From Methanobacteriota archaeon (GTDB lineage Archaea; Thermoplasmatota; Thermoplasmata; RBG-16-68-12), in the NCBI GenBank assembly GCA_005878635.1, contig VBLS01000111.1, positions 1-60,533 on the forward strand: DNA of 60,533 nucleotides. The letters are read 5' to 3'. The notes below the pieces were generated by a model that had not been told where the DNA came from, did not search any database, and saw only the letters and a program-made list of their open reading frames with translations. A program made the translations under genes and the position numbers. Of this stretch, positions 17,911 to 27,500 are shown in pieces; the first letter of the stretch is position 1; the number at the start of each line of letters is the position of its first letter.

Positions 17911-18861
17911 ATGCGCCGACGAATGGATTCGGAGAAGCAGGAAGTCCTGGAGCGGCAGGGCTATCGCATCGTCGGAGAGCACAGCGGTGTCAAGCTCTGT
18001 CACTGGACGAAGGCCAGCTTGACGAAGGGCGTGGGTTGCTACAAGCAGACGTTCTACGGCATCGAGAGCCATCGATGCCTCCAGATGACGCCGACCGTGG
18101 ACGCCTGCAACCTCGCCTGCCAATTCTGCTGGCGCACGCAGGAGTGGGGTTCCGACTCCCTCTTGCTCGCGGACGACCCCACCATGATCGTCGAGGATTC
18201 GATCCGCGCCCAGCGGGAACTCCTCAGTGGATTCAAGGGCAACCCGAATGTCTCGCGGGAGCGGTTCCTCGAGGCATGGCATCCGACGAACGTGGCCATC
18301 AGCCTCACCGGAGAGCCGACCCTGTATCGTCGCCTCGGTGAGATGATCGATGAATTCCAACGTCGCCGCATGTCGACGTTCCTCGTGACGAACGGCACGA
18401 CGCCGGCGGCCCTGCGACGGCTGCACTCGGAGGGCCGGCTTCCGACGCAACTCTATGTGACCGTCGCGGCCCCGAACGAGACGATCTATCGGACATTGGT
18501 CGTCCCCAAGTCCGGTCATGAATGGCTGAAACTGAAGGAGACGCTCGCCCTCCTCCCGACCTTGCCGACCCGGACCGTCCTCCGCCACACGCTGGTCGAG
18601 GGATGGAACCTCGGGTGGGAGGACGAGTACGCGGAACTGGACCGCCCCGCGAAACCGATGTTCATCGAGTGCAAGGGCTACAGCTTCGTCGGGGAGAGCC
18701 GGCTCCGCCTCGAGGCGAACAACGTCCCCAGTCACGCGTCGATCCGGACCTTCGCCGAACGCCTGGGAGAGCGGCTGGACTACAAGATCGCCGCCGAGCG
18801 CGAAGACAGTCGGGTCGTCCTGCTCACCCGGGACGGCGAACTCCATCCTCTTTCCCGCTGA
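17911..18861 (+). CDS. taw1: tRNA 4-demethylwyosine synthase (Taw1/TYW1, radical SAM)
   Basis: GVKLCHWTK...CYKQTFYGIESHRCLQMTP..CNLACQFCWR (CxxxCxxC cluster), about 315 aa, a typical archaeal Taw1. Confidence 0.85.
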   Translation: MRRRMDSEKQEVLERQGYRIVGEHSGVKLCHWTKASLTKGVGCYKQTFYGIESHRCLQMTPTVDACNLACQFCWRTQEWGSDSLLLADDPTMIVEDSIRAQRELLSGFKGNPNVSRERFLEAWHPTNVAISLTGEPTLYRRLGEMIDEFQRRRMSTFLVTNGTTPAALRRLHSEGRLPTQLYVTVAAPNETIYRTLVVPKSGHEWLKLKETLALLPTLPTRTVLRHTLVEGWNLGWEDEYAELDRPAKPMFIECKGYSFVGESRLRLEANNVPSHASIRTFAERLGERLDYKIAAEREDSRVVLLTRDGELHPLSR

Positions 18862-18915
18862 ACGGACTCACGGCGGCGGTTTTTAGAGCCCCTGCCGGAT
18901 ACGACGCCGAACGCC

Positions 18916-19434
18916 GTGGTCGATCTCCTCCAGATCCTGCTCGACTCCTACAACACCCCCTGGATCTACATGCTCCTGGCGTTCGGGTATGCGATCCTGG
19001 TCGCGATCATCCTGCCGATCCCGATCGAGATCGCCCTCGTCAAACCGCTCGTCGACCAGAACTTCGGATTCCTCCTTGGCACCGGCTTGGCGATCGCCGC
19101 GGGCAAGACGCTCGGCGCGTGGCTCATCTTCATCTTCGGCCTGAACATCGAAGGATCGATTCGGAAGTGGTCGGCCCGCTGGCGGGTCGCCGCCTGGATT
19201 GTGAGGAAGGCCGAGAAGCTGGTCCAGAAGACCGGATACGCGGGGCTGTACCTTCTCCTGAGCATCCCCCTCATGAGCGACACGATCCCGATCTACGTGT
19301 ACTCCCTCTTCAACCAGGAAGGGAAGGCCCTGGAGCGGAACATGTTTCTGATCGCGAATTTCCTCGCGGCCCTGAATCGCGTCGCGATCCTCGGCGCGAT
19401 CTGGTTCGTAGCCCGTGAATTCTTCCCCATTTGA
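18916..19434 (+). CDS. integral membrane protein (possibly DedA/VTT-like)
   Basis: 172 aa with four to five hydrophobic helices. The family call is weak. Confidence 0.4.
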   Translation: MVDLLQILLDSYNTPWIYMLLAFGYAILVAIILPIPIEIALVKPLVDQNFGFLLGTGLAIAAGKTLGAWLIFIFGLNIEGSIRKWSARWRVAAWIVRKAEKLVQKTGYAGLYLLLSIPLMSDTIPIYVYSLFNQEGKALERNMFLIANFLAALNRVAILGAIWFVAREFFPI

Positions 19435-20459
19435 TGGCCCACACCCTTATGGTGCGGGGTCGGTTCCGACGGCCCGTGTTCGAACTGCCGTCGGTCCTCG
19501 ATGCGACCGGCCTGCTCGATAAGGCCTTCGGCCGGGCCGCCAAGGCCACGGCGACAGGACCCGATCGGATCGCGCGGGCACGCAACCTCGCCGCCGCCCG
19601 GGTCCGGATCGCGGGGCAGACGATCGAGTCGACCCTCCGAGGAATCGTGAAGGGCTTCCCCAGCCTAGACCGGCTGCCGCCCTTCTACCGCGAGCTCGTC
19701 GACATCTTGGTCGATGCGAACCAGCTCAAGAAACACCTCGGCGCGATCGACTGGGCGGCGGACCGAACCGCGAACCTGGCGCGCGACTATCGTCGCCGAA
19801 TCGGCAAGGCGGAGGGCCAGTCCATCGGGGAGCTGCGGAAGCAGGCGTACGGCCGACTCTCGTCGCTCGTGGAACAAGTCGGGCCGGATCTCGAGGCGCT
19901 CACCGAGGCCCGTCGCGCCCTCCGACGGCTCCCGGAGATCGATCCCGCCCTGCGGACGGTCGTGGTCGCGGGCTACCCGAACGTCGGGAAGAGTTCCTTC
20001 GTCCGCGCGGTCTCCTCCGGTCGACCGAAGATCGCGGACTACCCCTTCACCACGAAACGGGTCTCGCTCGGCCACTTCGACCGAGGGGTGGAGCGCTTCC
20101 AGATCCTCGACACCCCGGGCCTCCTCGATCGACCGATGGCGAAGCGGAACGCGATGGAGCGCCAGGCGATCTCGGCGCTCTCCCACGTCGCGGACGGAAT
20201 CCTCTTCCTCCTCGATCCCACGGAGACCTGTGGGTATCCGCTCGACGACCAACGGAAGCTCCTGGCCGAGATCCGTAGTCTCTTTCCCGCGGTCCCTCTG
20301 CTCGTCCTTGCGAACAAATCGGACCTCGGAGGCCCGCGGACGGAGGGGATCGCGGTGTCGTCCCTCACCAGCCGCGGGGTGACGAAGGCCCTCGATGCGT
20401 TGTTGGCGAAAGTCACCAACCGCGGTCCTGGAGGCGCGCCTCGATCGGCAGCGCCTTAG
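19431..20459 (+). CDS. NOG1-family GTP-binding protein
   Basis: N-terminal NOG1-like helical domain ([18 protein letters not shown]), G1 [23 protein letters not shown], and NKSD. Confidence 0.8.
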   Translation: MMAHTLMVRGRFRRPVFELPSVLDATGLLDKAFGRAAKATATGPDRIARARNLAAARVRIAGQTIESTLRGIVKGFPSLDRLPPFYRELVDILVDANQLKKHLGAIDWAADRTANLARDYRRRIGKAEGQSIGELRKQAYGRLSSLVEQVGPDLEALTEARRALRRLPEIDPALRTVVVAGYPNVGKSSFVRAVSSGRPKIADYPFTTKRVSLGHFDRGVERFQILDTPGLLDRPMAKRNAMERQAISALSHVADGILFLLDPTETCGYPLDDQRKLLAEIRSLFPAVPLLVLANKSDLGGPRTEGIAVSSLTSRGVTKALDALLAKVTNRGPGGAPRSAAP

Positions 20460-21432
20460 CGTCGAGGCCTTTCATCGCGAGCCCGATCCCTTTCGAGACC
20501 TCTGCGACGGTCGACGGATCGTCGAAGTGGGCGACCGCGTCCACGATGGCTCGGCCTCTCGTCTCCGGGTTCTCCGCTTTGAAGATGCCGGAGCCGACGA
20601 AGACGCCGTCGCAGCCCATGAGCATCATGAGGGCCGCATCGGCCGGCGTCGCCACGCCGCCGGCGGCAAAGTTGACGACCGGGAGGCGCTGGATTTTCTT
20701 GATTTCCAGGAGGACTTGGTAGATTCCCTCGGTGATGTCGTCGAGCGTGGCTCCCGCGAACACGACGTCCGCCTCGCGCACGGTCGGATCGGCTCCCTGC
20801 GCCGTCCGGACCTCCTTCAGGAGCTTCGTGTAGCTGTCCGCGAACTTCGTCCCGACCGACATGAGCCGGTCGTTGTCGAGGTCCTTCAGTTCCGCGATCG
20901 CCGCCGTCACAAGTCGGATGTGGCGGACGGCCTCGACGACGTCCCCGGTCCCGGCCTCGCCCTTCGTGCGGATCATGGCGGCGCCTTCCCAGGTTCGGCG
21001 CACGGCCTCCCCGAGGTTGCGGGCCCCGCACACGAAGGGGACCTCGAATCCCCTCTTGTTGACGTGGAAGAATGGATCTGCGGGGGTGAGGACCTCGGAT
21101 TCGTCGATCATGTCGACGCCGAGGGACTCAAGCGCCCGCGCCTCGGCCTCATGTCCGATTCGGCACTTCGCCATCACAGGGACCGTGACCGCGTCCATGA
21201 TCTCCTGGATCTTGACCGGATCCGCCATCCGCGCGACCCCGCCGGCGGCACGAATGTCCGCCGGGACGCGCTCGAGGGCCATGACGGCGACCGCGCCAGC
21301 TTCCTCGGCGATCAGGGCCTGCTCCGCGTTCGTGACGTCCATGACGACCCCGCCCTTCTGCATCTTCGCGAAGCCGCGCTTGAGGAGTTCGGTCCCGAAT
21401 CGGAGTCGTTTCAGGTCGAGTTCGAGGGGCAC
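20413..21432 (-). CDS. pdxS: pyridoxal 5'-phosphate synthase lyase subunit PdxS
   Basis: [35 protein letters not shown]..., [25 protein letters not shown], and [11 protein letters not shown] start at 21432 preceded by GGAGG. The rest of the 555-aa ORF is non-coding read-through. Confidence 0.9.
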   Translation of the reverse strand: MPLELDLKRLRFGTELLKRGFAKMQKGGVVMDVTNAEQALIAEEAGAVAVMALERVPADIRAAGGVARMADPVKIQEIMDAVTVPVMAKCRIGHEAEARALESLGVDMIDESEVLTPADPFFHVNKRGFEVPFVCGARNLGEAVRRTWEGAAMIRTKGEAGTGDVVEAVRHIRLVTAAIAELKDLDNDRLMSVGTKFADSYTKLLKEVRTAQGADPTVREADVVFAGATLDDITEGIYQVLLEIKKIQRLPVVNFAAGGVATPADAALMMLMGCDGVFVGSGIFKAENPETRGRAIVDAVAHFDDPSTVAEVSKGIGLAMKGLDAKALPIEARLQDRGW

Positions 21433-21598
21433 AGGAGGCCTCCGAGCGGAACACCCGTCCGTGGGTACTTCTACTTTGCGCGCTCGGTCGCGCCAATCGC
21501 ATGCCGCAGGCTCGCGAATCCAAGGATCGGGTTGTCCCTCGTCTGCGTGTTCTCCTTCCGAGAAACGCTTAAGTGAGCCCGTCGAATCAGCGGCCGCA

Positions 21599-22135
21599 GT
21601 GCGCGTTGTCTGCGTCACGGGCATGCCCGGTTGCGGGAAGGAGGAGGTGCTCGCCGTGGCCCAGGCCCTCGGCTTCTCCATCGTCCGCATGGGGGATGTG
21701 GTCCGAGAGGAGGCGCTCCGCCGCGGCTTACCGATCTCGGATGCCGCGGTCGGGGGCATGGCCCACGCGGAACGGCAAGTGCACGGCCTGGGAATCTGGG
21801 CGGAACGGACGCTCCCCCGAATCTCCGGAGACCGGGTGTTGGTCGACGGACTTCGGGGGCGGGCGGAACTCGAAATCTTCCGGAACTCGTTCGGCGACGA
21901 CCTGTCCGTCGTCGCCGTGCATGCGTCCCCGAGGACCCGGTACGAGCGGATGCTCCGGCGTCGCCGGACGGACGATGCCGGATCGATCGAGGCGTTCGGC
22001 GCCCGCGATCTCCGAGAGCTCAGCTGGGGGCTCGGCGACGTGATCGCGACCGCCGACGTGATGCTCGTCAACGAAGGCACCTTGGAGGAATTCCGACGCG
22101 CAGCAAGGACGGCCCTGGGGCGCCTCCATGGCTAA
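21599..22135 (+). CDS. UPF0200-type nucleotide kinase-like P-loop protein
   Basis: GTG start. [15 protein letters not shown]...[12 protein letters not shown] matches the archaeal UPF0200/dephospho-CoA-kinase-like family pattern. About 178 aa. Confidence 0.6.
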   Translation: MRVVCVTGMPGCGKEEVLAVAQALGFSIVRMGDVVREEALRRGLPISDAAVGGMAHAERQVHGLGIWAERTLPRISGDRVLVDGLRGRAELEIFRNSFGDDLSVVAVHASPRTRYERMLRRRRTDDAGSIEAFGARDLRELSWGLGDVIATADVMLVNEGTLEEFRRAARTALGRLHG

Positions 22136-22562
22136 GTTGCCAATCCGGTGGATCGAGGCGCGGACCTACCGCCATGCGACGGAAGACGAAGGTCGGGTGG
22201 GAAGGGCCCTGGACTTCGCGGTGCCTGGGGGAGCTCCGGCGCGCGACGTCCTCCAAGGGCACTTTGGGAACAAGCTGGTCCGGCTGACGCGGCGGCTCGA
22301 GGAAAACCCGTCCATCCGAGTGGCGTGGGAGCGGTGGACCGCCGCCGGGCTGCTCGACGCCCTCGCGACCGAGGCGGACGCGCGCGTGGACGAGGAGGGC
22401 ATCTTGCATTTTCGTCTCGACAAGCAGGCCGCTTTCGAAGAACGATGGTCCCTCGCGAAGGACTCCGACACGATCGATGTCCGCGTGAAACTCGTCGCCT
22501 ACCCGGCGAAGCCCGCGGAGGCCCGGCGGGTCGCCAAGTCCATCTTGCCCGGGGCGGCGTGA
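22128..22562 (+). CDS. UPF0201-type predicted RNA-binding protein
   Basis: 144 aa. The N-terminal [13 protein letters not shown] resembles the (P)TED-x-x-KV motif of the COG1931/UPF0201 family. It overlaps the preceding gene by 8 nt. Confidence 0.45.
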   Translation: MAKLPIRWIEARTYRHATEDEGRVGRALDFAVPGGAPARDVLQGHFGNKLVRLTRRLEENPSIRVAWERWTAAGLLDALATEADARVDEEGILHFRLDKQAAFEERWSLAKDSDTIDVRVKLVAYPAKPAEARRVAKSILPGAA

Positions 22563-23726
22563 ATGCGGCTCACCCGCGAGCAGCGCCGCCTGCGGGACGA
22601 CGGCACGCCGGCGCAGCGCAAGGCAATGCAGATCTTGCTCGCCCTCTCCCGCCTGTCGGAAGCGGAGCGTCTCGTCCCCATCACCTCGGCGCACGTGTCG
22701 GGCGCCTCCTACAAGATGATCGGCGATCCGGGGCTTGAGTTCCTCGAGGATTTCGCGCGCGACGCCCGAGTCACTGTCCCGACGACCGTCAACCCACTCG
22801 GCACGGACCTCCGGCAGTGGAGGGAGCTTGGCATCCCCGCGGAGTTCGCAGGGAAGCAGGAACGGATCGCCCGCGCCTACGAGTCGATGGGCGTCCGTCC
22901 GAGCTTCACCTGCACGCCCTACCTCGTTGGCGCACGGCCATCGTTCGGCGAGCACGTCGCATGGGCCGAATCGAACGCCGTGTGCTTCGCGAACTCCGTC
23001 CTCGGCGCACGGACGAACCGCGAGGGAGGCCCCTCGGCCCTGGCGGCCGCGATCGTCGGCGCGACGCCGGAATACGGGCTCCACAAGGACGAAGGCCGTT
23101 CGCCGACCGTTCGCGTGAATGTGACTACGAAGCCGCACGGGCTCGATTTCTCCCTGATTGGATTGGTCGCGGGCCAGCAGGTCGGCGATGGCCTCCCGTT
23201 CTTCCGCGGGTTCCGCGGTTCCGAGGAGGACTTGAAATGGCTCGGCGCGGCGCTGGCATCGACGGGCGCTTGTGCGATGTTCCACCTCGAAGGCGTCACC
23301 CCAGAGGCGCGGCGGGCCCGCACCGCAGGCTTGCCCTCCCTCACGATCTCACGGGCCGATCTGGTGCAGGCTCAGAGGTCCTTCACCGACGGGACGAAAG
23401 CGGACGTGATCGCCCTCGGCTCGCCCCAACTATCCGGGCAAGAACTCTGGAGCGTCGCGGACCGCGTGCGACGGAAGCCTCCCCGGATTCCGGTCTGGGT
23501 CTTCACGAGCCGCGCCGTCCGAGACGAGAACCCGGAGCCGGTCGCGGCGATCGAGAGCCACGGCGGCCGCGTCCTCGCGGACACGTGCCTCGAGGTCACG
23601 CTGCTCGAGCATCGATTCGGGACGGTCGCCACCCCTTCGGGAAAGGCCGCGTACTACCTGCCGAGCCTCTGCAAGCAGAAGGTCATCCTCGACGAGCTCG
23701 ACGCCCTCCTGGAGCGGTACGGATGA
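22563..23726 (+). CDS. aconitase X catalytic (large) subunit, phosphomevalonate dehydratase-like
   Basis: DUF521/AcnX pattern (ITSAHVSGASYKMIGD...FTCTPYL...WAESNAVCFANSVLGARTNREGG). 387 aa. Confidence 0.75.
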   Translation: MRLTREQRRLRDDGTPAQRKAMQILLALSRLSEAERLVPITSAHVSGASYKMIGDPGLEFLEDFARDARVTVPTTVNPLGTDLRQWRELGIPAEFAGKQERIARAYESMGVRPSFTCTPYLVGARPSFGEHVAWAESNAVCFANSVLGARTNREGGPSALAAAIVGATPEYGLHKDEGRSPTVRVNVTTKPHGLDFSLIGLVAGQQVGDGLPFFRGFRGSEEDLKWLGAALASTGACAMFHLEGVTPEARRARTAGLPSLTISRADLVQAQRSFTDGTKADVIALGSPQLSGQELWSVADRVRRKPPRIPVWVFTSRAVRDENPEPVAAIESHGGRVLADTCLEVTLLEHRFGTVATPSGKAAYYLPSLCKQKVILDELDALLERYG

Positions 23727-24520
23727 AGCTCCGAGGACGCGGGATTGCATCGGGCTTTGCGGAAGGGATCGCCTTCGTGATTCGCGTCCCTTTCTCCTTC
23801 GTCGGCGGCGCGGACCCGGCCACGGGCACCGTCCTCGATGCCGCGACAGGCGGCGCCAACGAACGCCTCGACGGCCGGATCTTCGCGTTCCCGCACGGCA
23901 AAGGGAGCACGGTTGGCTCTTACGTCATCTACGGCCTCGCGAAGAGGGGAGTCGGCCCCGCGGGCATCGTCAACTCTGCGGCCGAGGGAATCGTCGCGGT
24001 CGGCGCGATTCTCGCCGGAATCCCGATGGTCGATCACATCGACGTCGGGGGCCTGGAGAACGGCGACACGGTCCGTATCGACGGGGACCGTGGGACCGTC
24101 GAGCTCCCCGGGGTCCGCGCACGACCCGTCGTCTCCGTCGTGCTGAGAAACGGCGGTCGGATCCTCCTCGTGCGACGAAGTCCATCGGTTGGGACCTTTC
24201 GCGGTCGCTGGTCGGTCATTTCGGGGTCCATCGAAGGCCGCGAGGATCCGAAATCCCGCGCGATCCGAGAGGTGCGAGAGGAGACCGGCCTCCGAGGAAT
24301 TCGGTTTCGTGCGAATGCGGCCCCGATCCATGCCCGCGACGGCGCCACGATGTTCGTCGTCCACCCCTTCCTCTTCGACGCCCCGAGCCGCCGCGTGCGC
24401 CTCGATTGGGAGAATGTCGAGCACCGATGGATTCGGCCGGAGGAGATCGGTCGCTACGAAACGGTCCCGCGACTTCCCGACGTCGTCGCGGCGGTGCTCC
24501 GCATGGGGCGGGAGTCCTAG
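23723..24520 (+). CDS. aconitase X swivel (small) subunit fused to a Nudix hydrolase domain
   Basis: ATGA overlap with the large subunit. The N-terminal ~128 aa are DUF126-like (FAFPHGKGSTVGSYVIYGLAKRG.GPAGIV). The C-terminal part has a perfect Nudix box GSIEGREDPKSRAIREVREETGL. Confidence 0.75.
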   Translation: MKLRGRGIASGFAEGIAFVIRVPFSFVGGADPATGTVLDAATGGANERLDGRIFAFPHGKGSTVGSYVIYGLAKRGVGPAGIVNSAAEGIVAVGAILAGIPMVDHIDVGGLENGDTVRIDGDRGTVELPGVRARPVVSVVLRNGGRILLVRRSPSVGTFRGRWSVISGSIEGREDPKSRAIREVREETGLRGIRFRANAAPIHARDGATMFVVHPFLFDAPSRRVRLDWENVEHRWIRPEEIGRYETVPRLPDVVAAVLRMGRES

Positions 24521-27500
24521 CGACCCGAGGCGGCCGACCCGCCGGACGAACCGGGGATGACCCGGTCGACCTCCTTCTCGAGCAAGGTCAATTGGTGCGG
24601 ATCGAGGGCCGACGGATTCACGGAGAGGAGGAATACCCCGTTGTTGATCGCGACCTGGTCGCGGATCGATTGCACGAGCCGCAGGACCGTGAGGAAATTG
24701 TTGTTCGTCACCAGGTACTCGATCGCGTCGAGGAAGATGACGCCCTTCTCCCGGGCGAGGAACTGCTCGACGGCCAAGGACAACTTCTCCAGGTCTTTCG
24801 GTCGGACGGTGTCTTCCTTCCCGACGTTGCTGAGCCACACGATCGGGAAGGGGGGACCGCCCAGGCGCTCCCGGACTTTCTGCGGGAATGTCCGCGTGAT
24901 GACCATCGCGCCTTTCCCCGCCTTCTGGGCGATCTCGAAGAGCCGGTAGGCCTCGTCCGGAACCGGTTCCTCGACGAGATAGGAGGAGGAATCTTTCAGG
25001 AGGGGCGGAGCGTCGTCCTCCGAAGCCGCACGATTTGGCGCGGGGGCCCGAGTTTGGGGAGCGCCGCAAGATGGACACTCGGCGGATCCCGCGGGAATGA
25101 GCTCGCCGCAGGCGATGCATGCGACGCGCGACGGCGCGGCCGTCGCCGGCGTGGACAGGACGAAGCCGCAGACCGGGCACTTGTCCGCGCCGGGAGGGAT
25201 CTCCGCGCGACAGCGGGGACACGGCATCGCCTTCGTGGCGACGGGTTCGCCGCATCGCGGGCATCGGCGGGTCGACGGGGCAATGGCCGCTCCGCACGTG
25301 GGGCATGGGATCGAGGTGTCCGTCTTCGCCGCGAGCGCGTCCAGGATTCGAACCGCATCCGCGACTTGGAGGCCCTCGATCTGCGCGAGCTCTTGCTTCG
25401 TCGCCGCGCGCAACGCCGCGAGGCTCTTGTAGCCTGCATCGAACAGGGCCATCGCCTTCGCGACCGTGATGCCCGGGATTCTCGTGAATTCGCGGAGGGC
25501 CTCGGACATGTGGACCGGAGTCACGCCGATCGTCACCGAATGTCCGTCCACATCGTTCCATTCCACGACGTACTCGGCTTCGACCGGTCCGTCCGTGAAC
25601 GTGATCCGACGCGAGCGGGTTTCCCGACCCATGAATTCCTTCTGTCCCCCGATCAAGGCCGCCAATTCCTTATTCGCCTTGACGACCGTGATGAGGAAGT
25701 CGTCCACTGCCAGATCGATCTCTTTCCGCATCTGTTGGATCCGGCGGATCAACTCGCGCGCGTAGGCCTCGGCACGAAGGTCGGGAGTCACGCGCAGGTC
25801 GAGGTAGAGCTCGCCGTGCGGCGTGGGCACGCGGACGACCTCGGAGGGCATCGCCTTCTCAAATCGGACCATCGACGGGTCGATCGCGACGACCTGGCCT
25901 TCGACGCCGACTTCGAGTCGGCCCTTGTCGAGCGCCTTCTTGATCTCCTCCGGCGGGCGACCCTCGAGGAGCTTCACGATCTTCGGCTGGAGGACCCGAT
26001 AGGCCTTGCCGATCGCCGCCCCGTCCGGCTTTACGACGAGGGCCATCCCGGGGAATTCCTCGTTCGCTTTGAGGACCGCGAGCGCCTTCGCGTTCGCCTG
26101 TTCGAGGAAGATGCCCCGCAACGTCTCGAGGGCCATGGCCGCCTCCGGCGTCGGCGCTTGGACCGCAATCAGTTTCAGCGGCCACCGGAGCTTGCGTCCT
26201 CCCTTCTGGCGCTCCTTCGAGACGATCTCGACGAGTTCCTGGACGATCGACATGGACCTCTCGAGGTCCGGCTGGAGTCGCTCCTCCTGAGCGGAGGGCC
26301 AATCGAGCAGGTGCACGCTGAGCTTCTTCCCGTCCAGTCGCTGGTAGACCGCTTCGGCGATGAACGGCGTGACCGGCGCGAGCAGGACCGCGACGGTGCG
26401 CAACGTCTCGAACAAGACATGGTACGCCGCGAGCTTGTCGCGATCCTCGGCTTCCGTCCAGGTCCGGCCCCGGACGAGTTTCACATACCACCGCGAGAGG
26501 TCATCGAGGATGAAGGACTCGACCGACCGAAAGGCCCGATGCAAACTGTAGGTCGCAAACTCCGCATTCACGGTCATCTTGAGGCCTTCGAGCCGGGAGA
26601 GGAGCCATCGGTCCTCGGGTCGCAGATGGCCGGAGATCGAGGCGAAGTCCGGCGCCGTCGGATCGAATCGATCGAGGACCATGTAGGTCGTCGCAAATCG
26701 CAGGACGTTCCAGAGGATGTTCAGAGTGCGGTTGGCGTTGCGAACCCCGTCTTCTTGGAACGTCTTGTCGTCCCAGAGCGCGTTCACGGAGAGCATGTAG
26801 AATCGAAGCGCGTCGACCCCGAATTTGCGCACGACGGTCTCCGGCTCGATGACGTTCCCGAGGGACTTGTGCATCTGCCGGCCGTCGGGGCCGTTGACCC
26901 ATCCATGCATGAGGACGCTGTCGTACGGCGCTCGGTCGAAGGCGACGACGCCGGCGGCGAGCTGCGAGTTGAACCAACCCCGAGTCTGGTCGGGACCCTC
27001 GACGATCCAGTCCTCCGGCCACCACCGGCGGAACTCGTCGTCCCGCGCGGGATATCCGAGGCTCGCCCAGCTCGCCACCCCGCTGTCCCACCAGACATCG
27101 AGGATGTCGGGGACCCGCCGCATCTCCTCGCGGCACCTCGGACAGGGCAGGACGACCCGGTCGATCCCCGGCCGGTGCAGGTCCATGCCGTCCGCGTACC
27201 CCTGCGCCTTCCGCAACGCATCCGAGGAGCCTACGACGATCCAGTGCCCGCACTTCGTGCACCGCCAGATGGGGAGCGGAATCCCCCAGTACCGCTGGCG
27301 GGAGAGGCACCAATCCCGCAGGTTCTGGGTCCAGTCCATTTGACGGGCCGCGCCCGCCCATTCCGGATACCACGCGACCCGGCGGACCTCGTCGACCATT
27401 TTCGCCTTGATCGGCGCGACTCGCAGGAACCACTGGACCGTCGCGCGGTAGAGGATTGGCGTCTTGCAGCGCCAGCAGTGACCGTAGGCATGGACCAGCG

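Noticed and set aside
20413-20459. 47-nt convergent overlap between the Nog1-type GTPase and pdxS 3' ends
   Set aside because: Both reading frames keep family-like sequence to their ends. Convergent overlaps of this size occur in compact archaeal genomes, and nothing further suggests a special function.
21433-22080. Upstream 216 codons of the 555-aa ORF that contains pdxS
   Set aside because: PdxS similarity starts near the GTG at 21432, which has a GGAGG site. The upstream part is antisense to the UPF0200-type gene and low in complexity.
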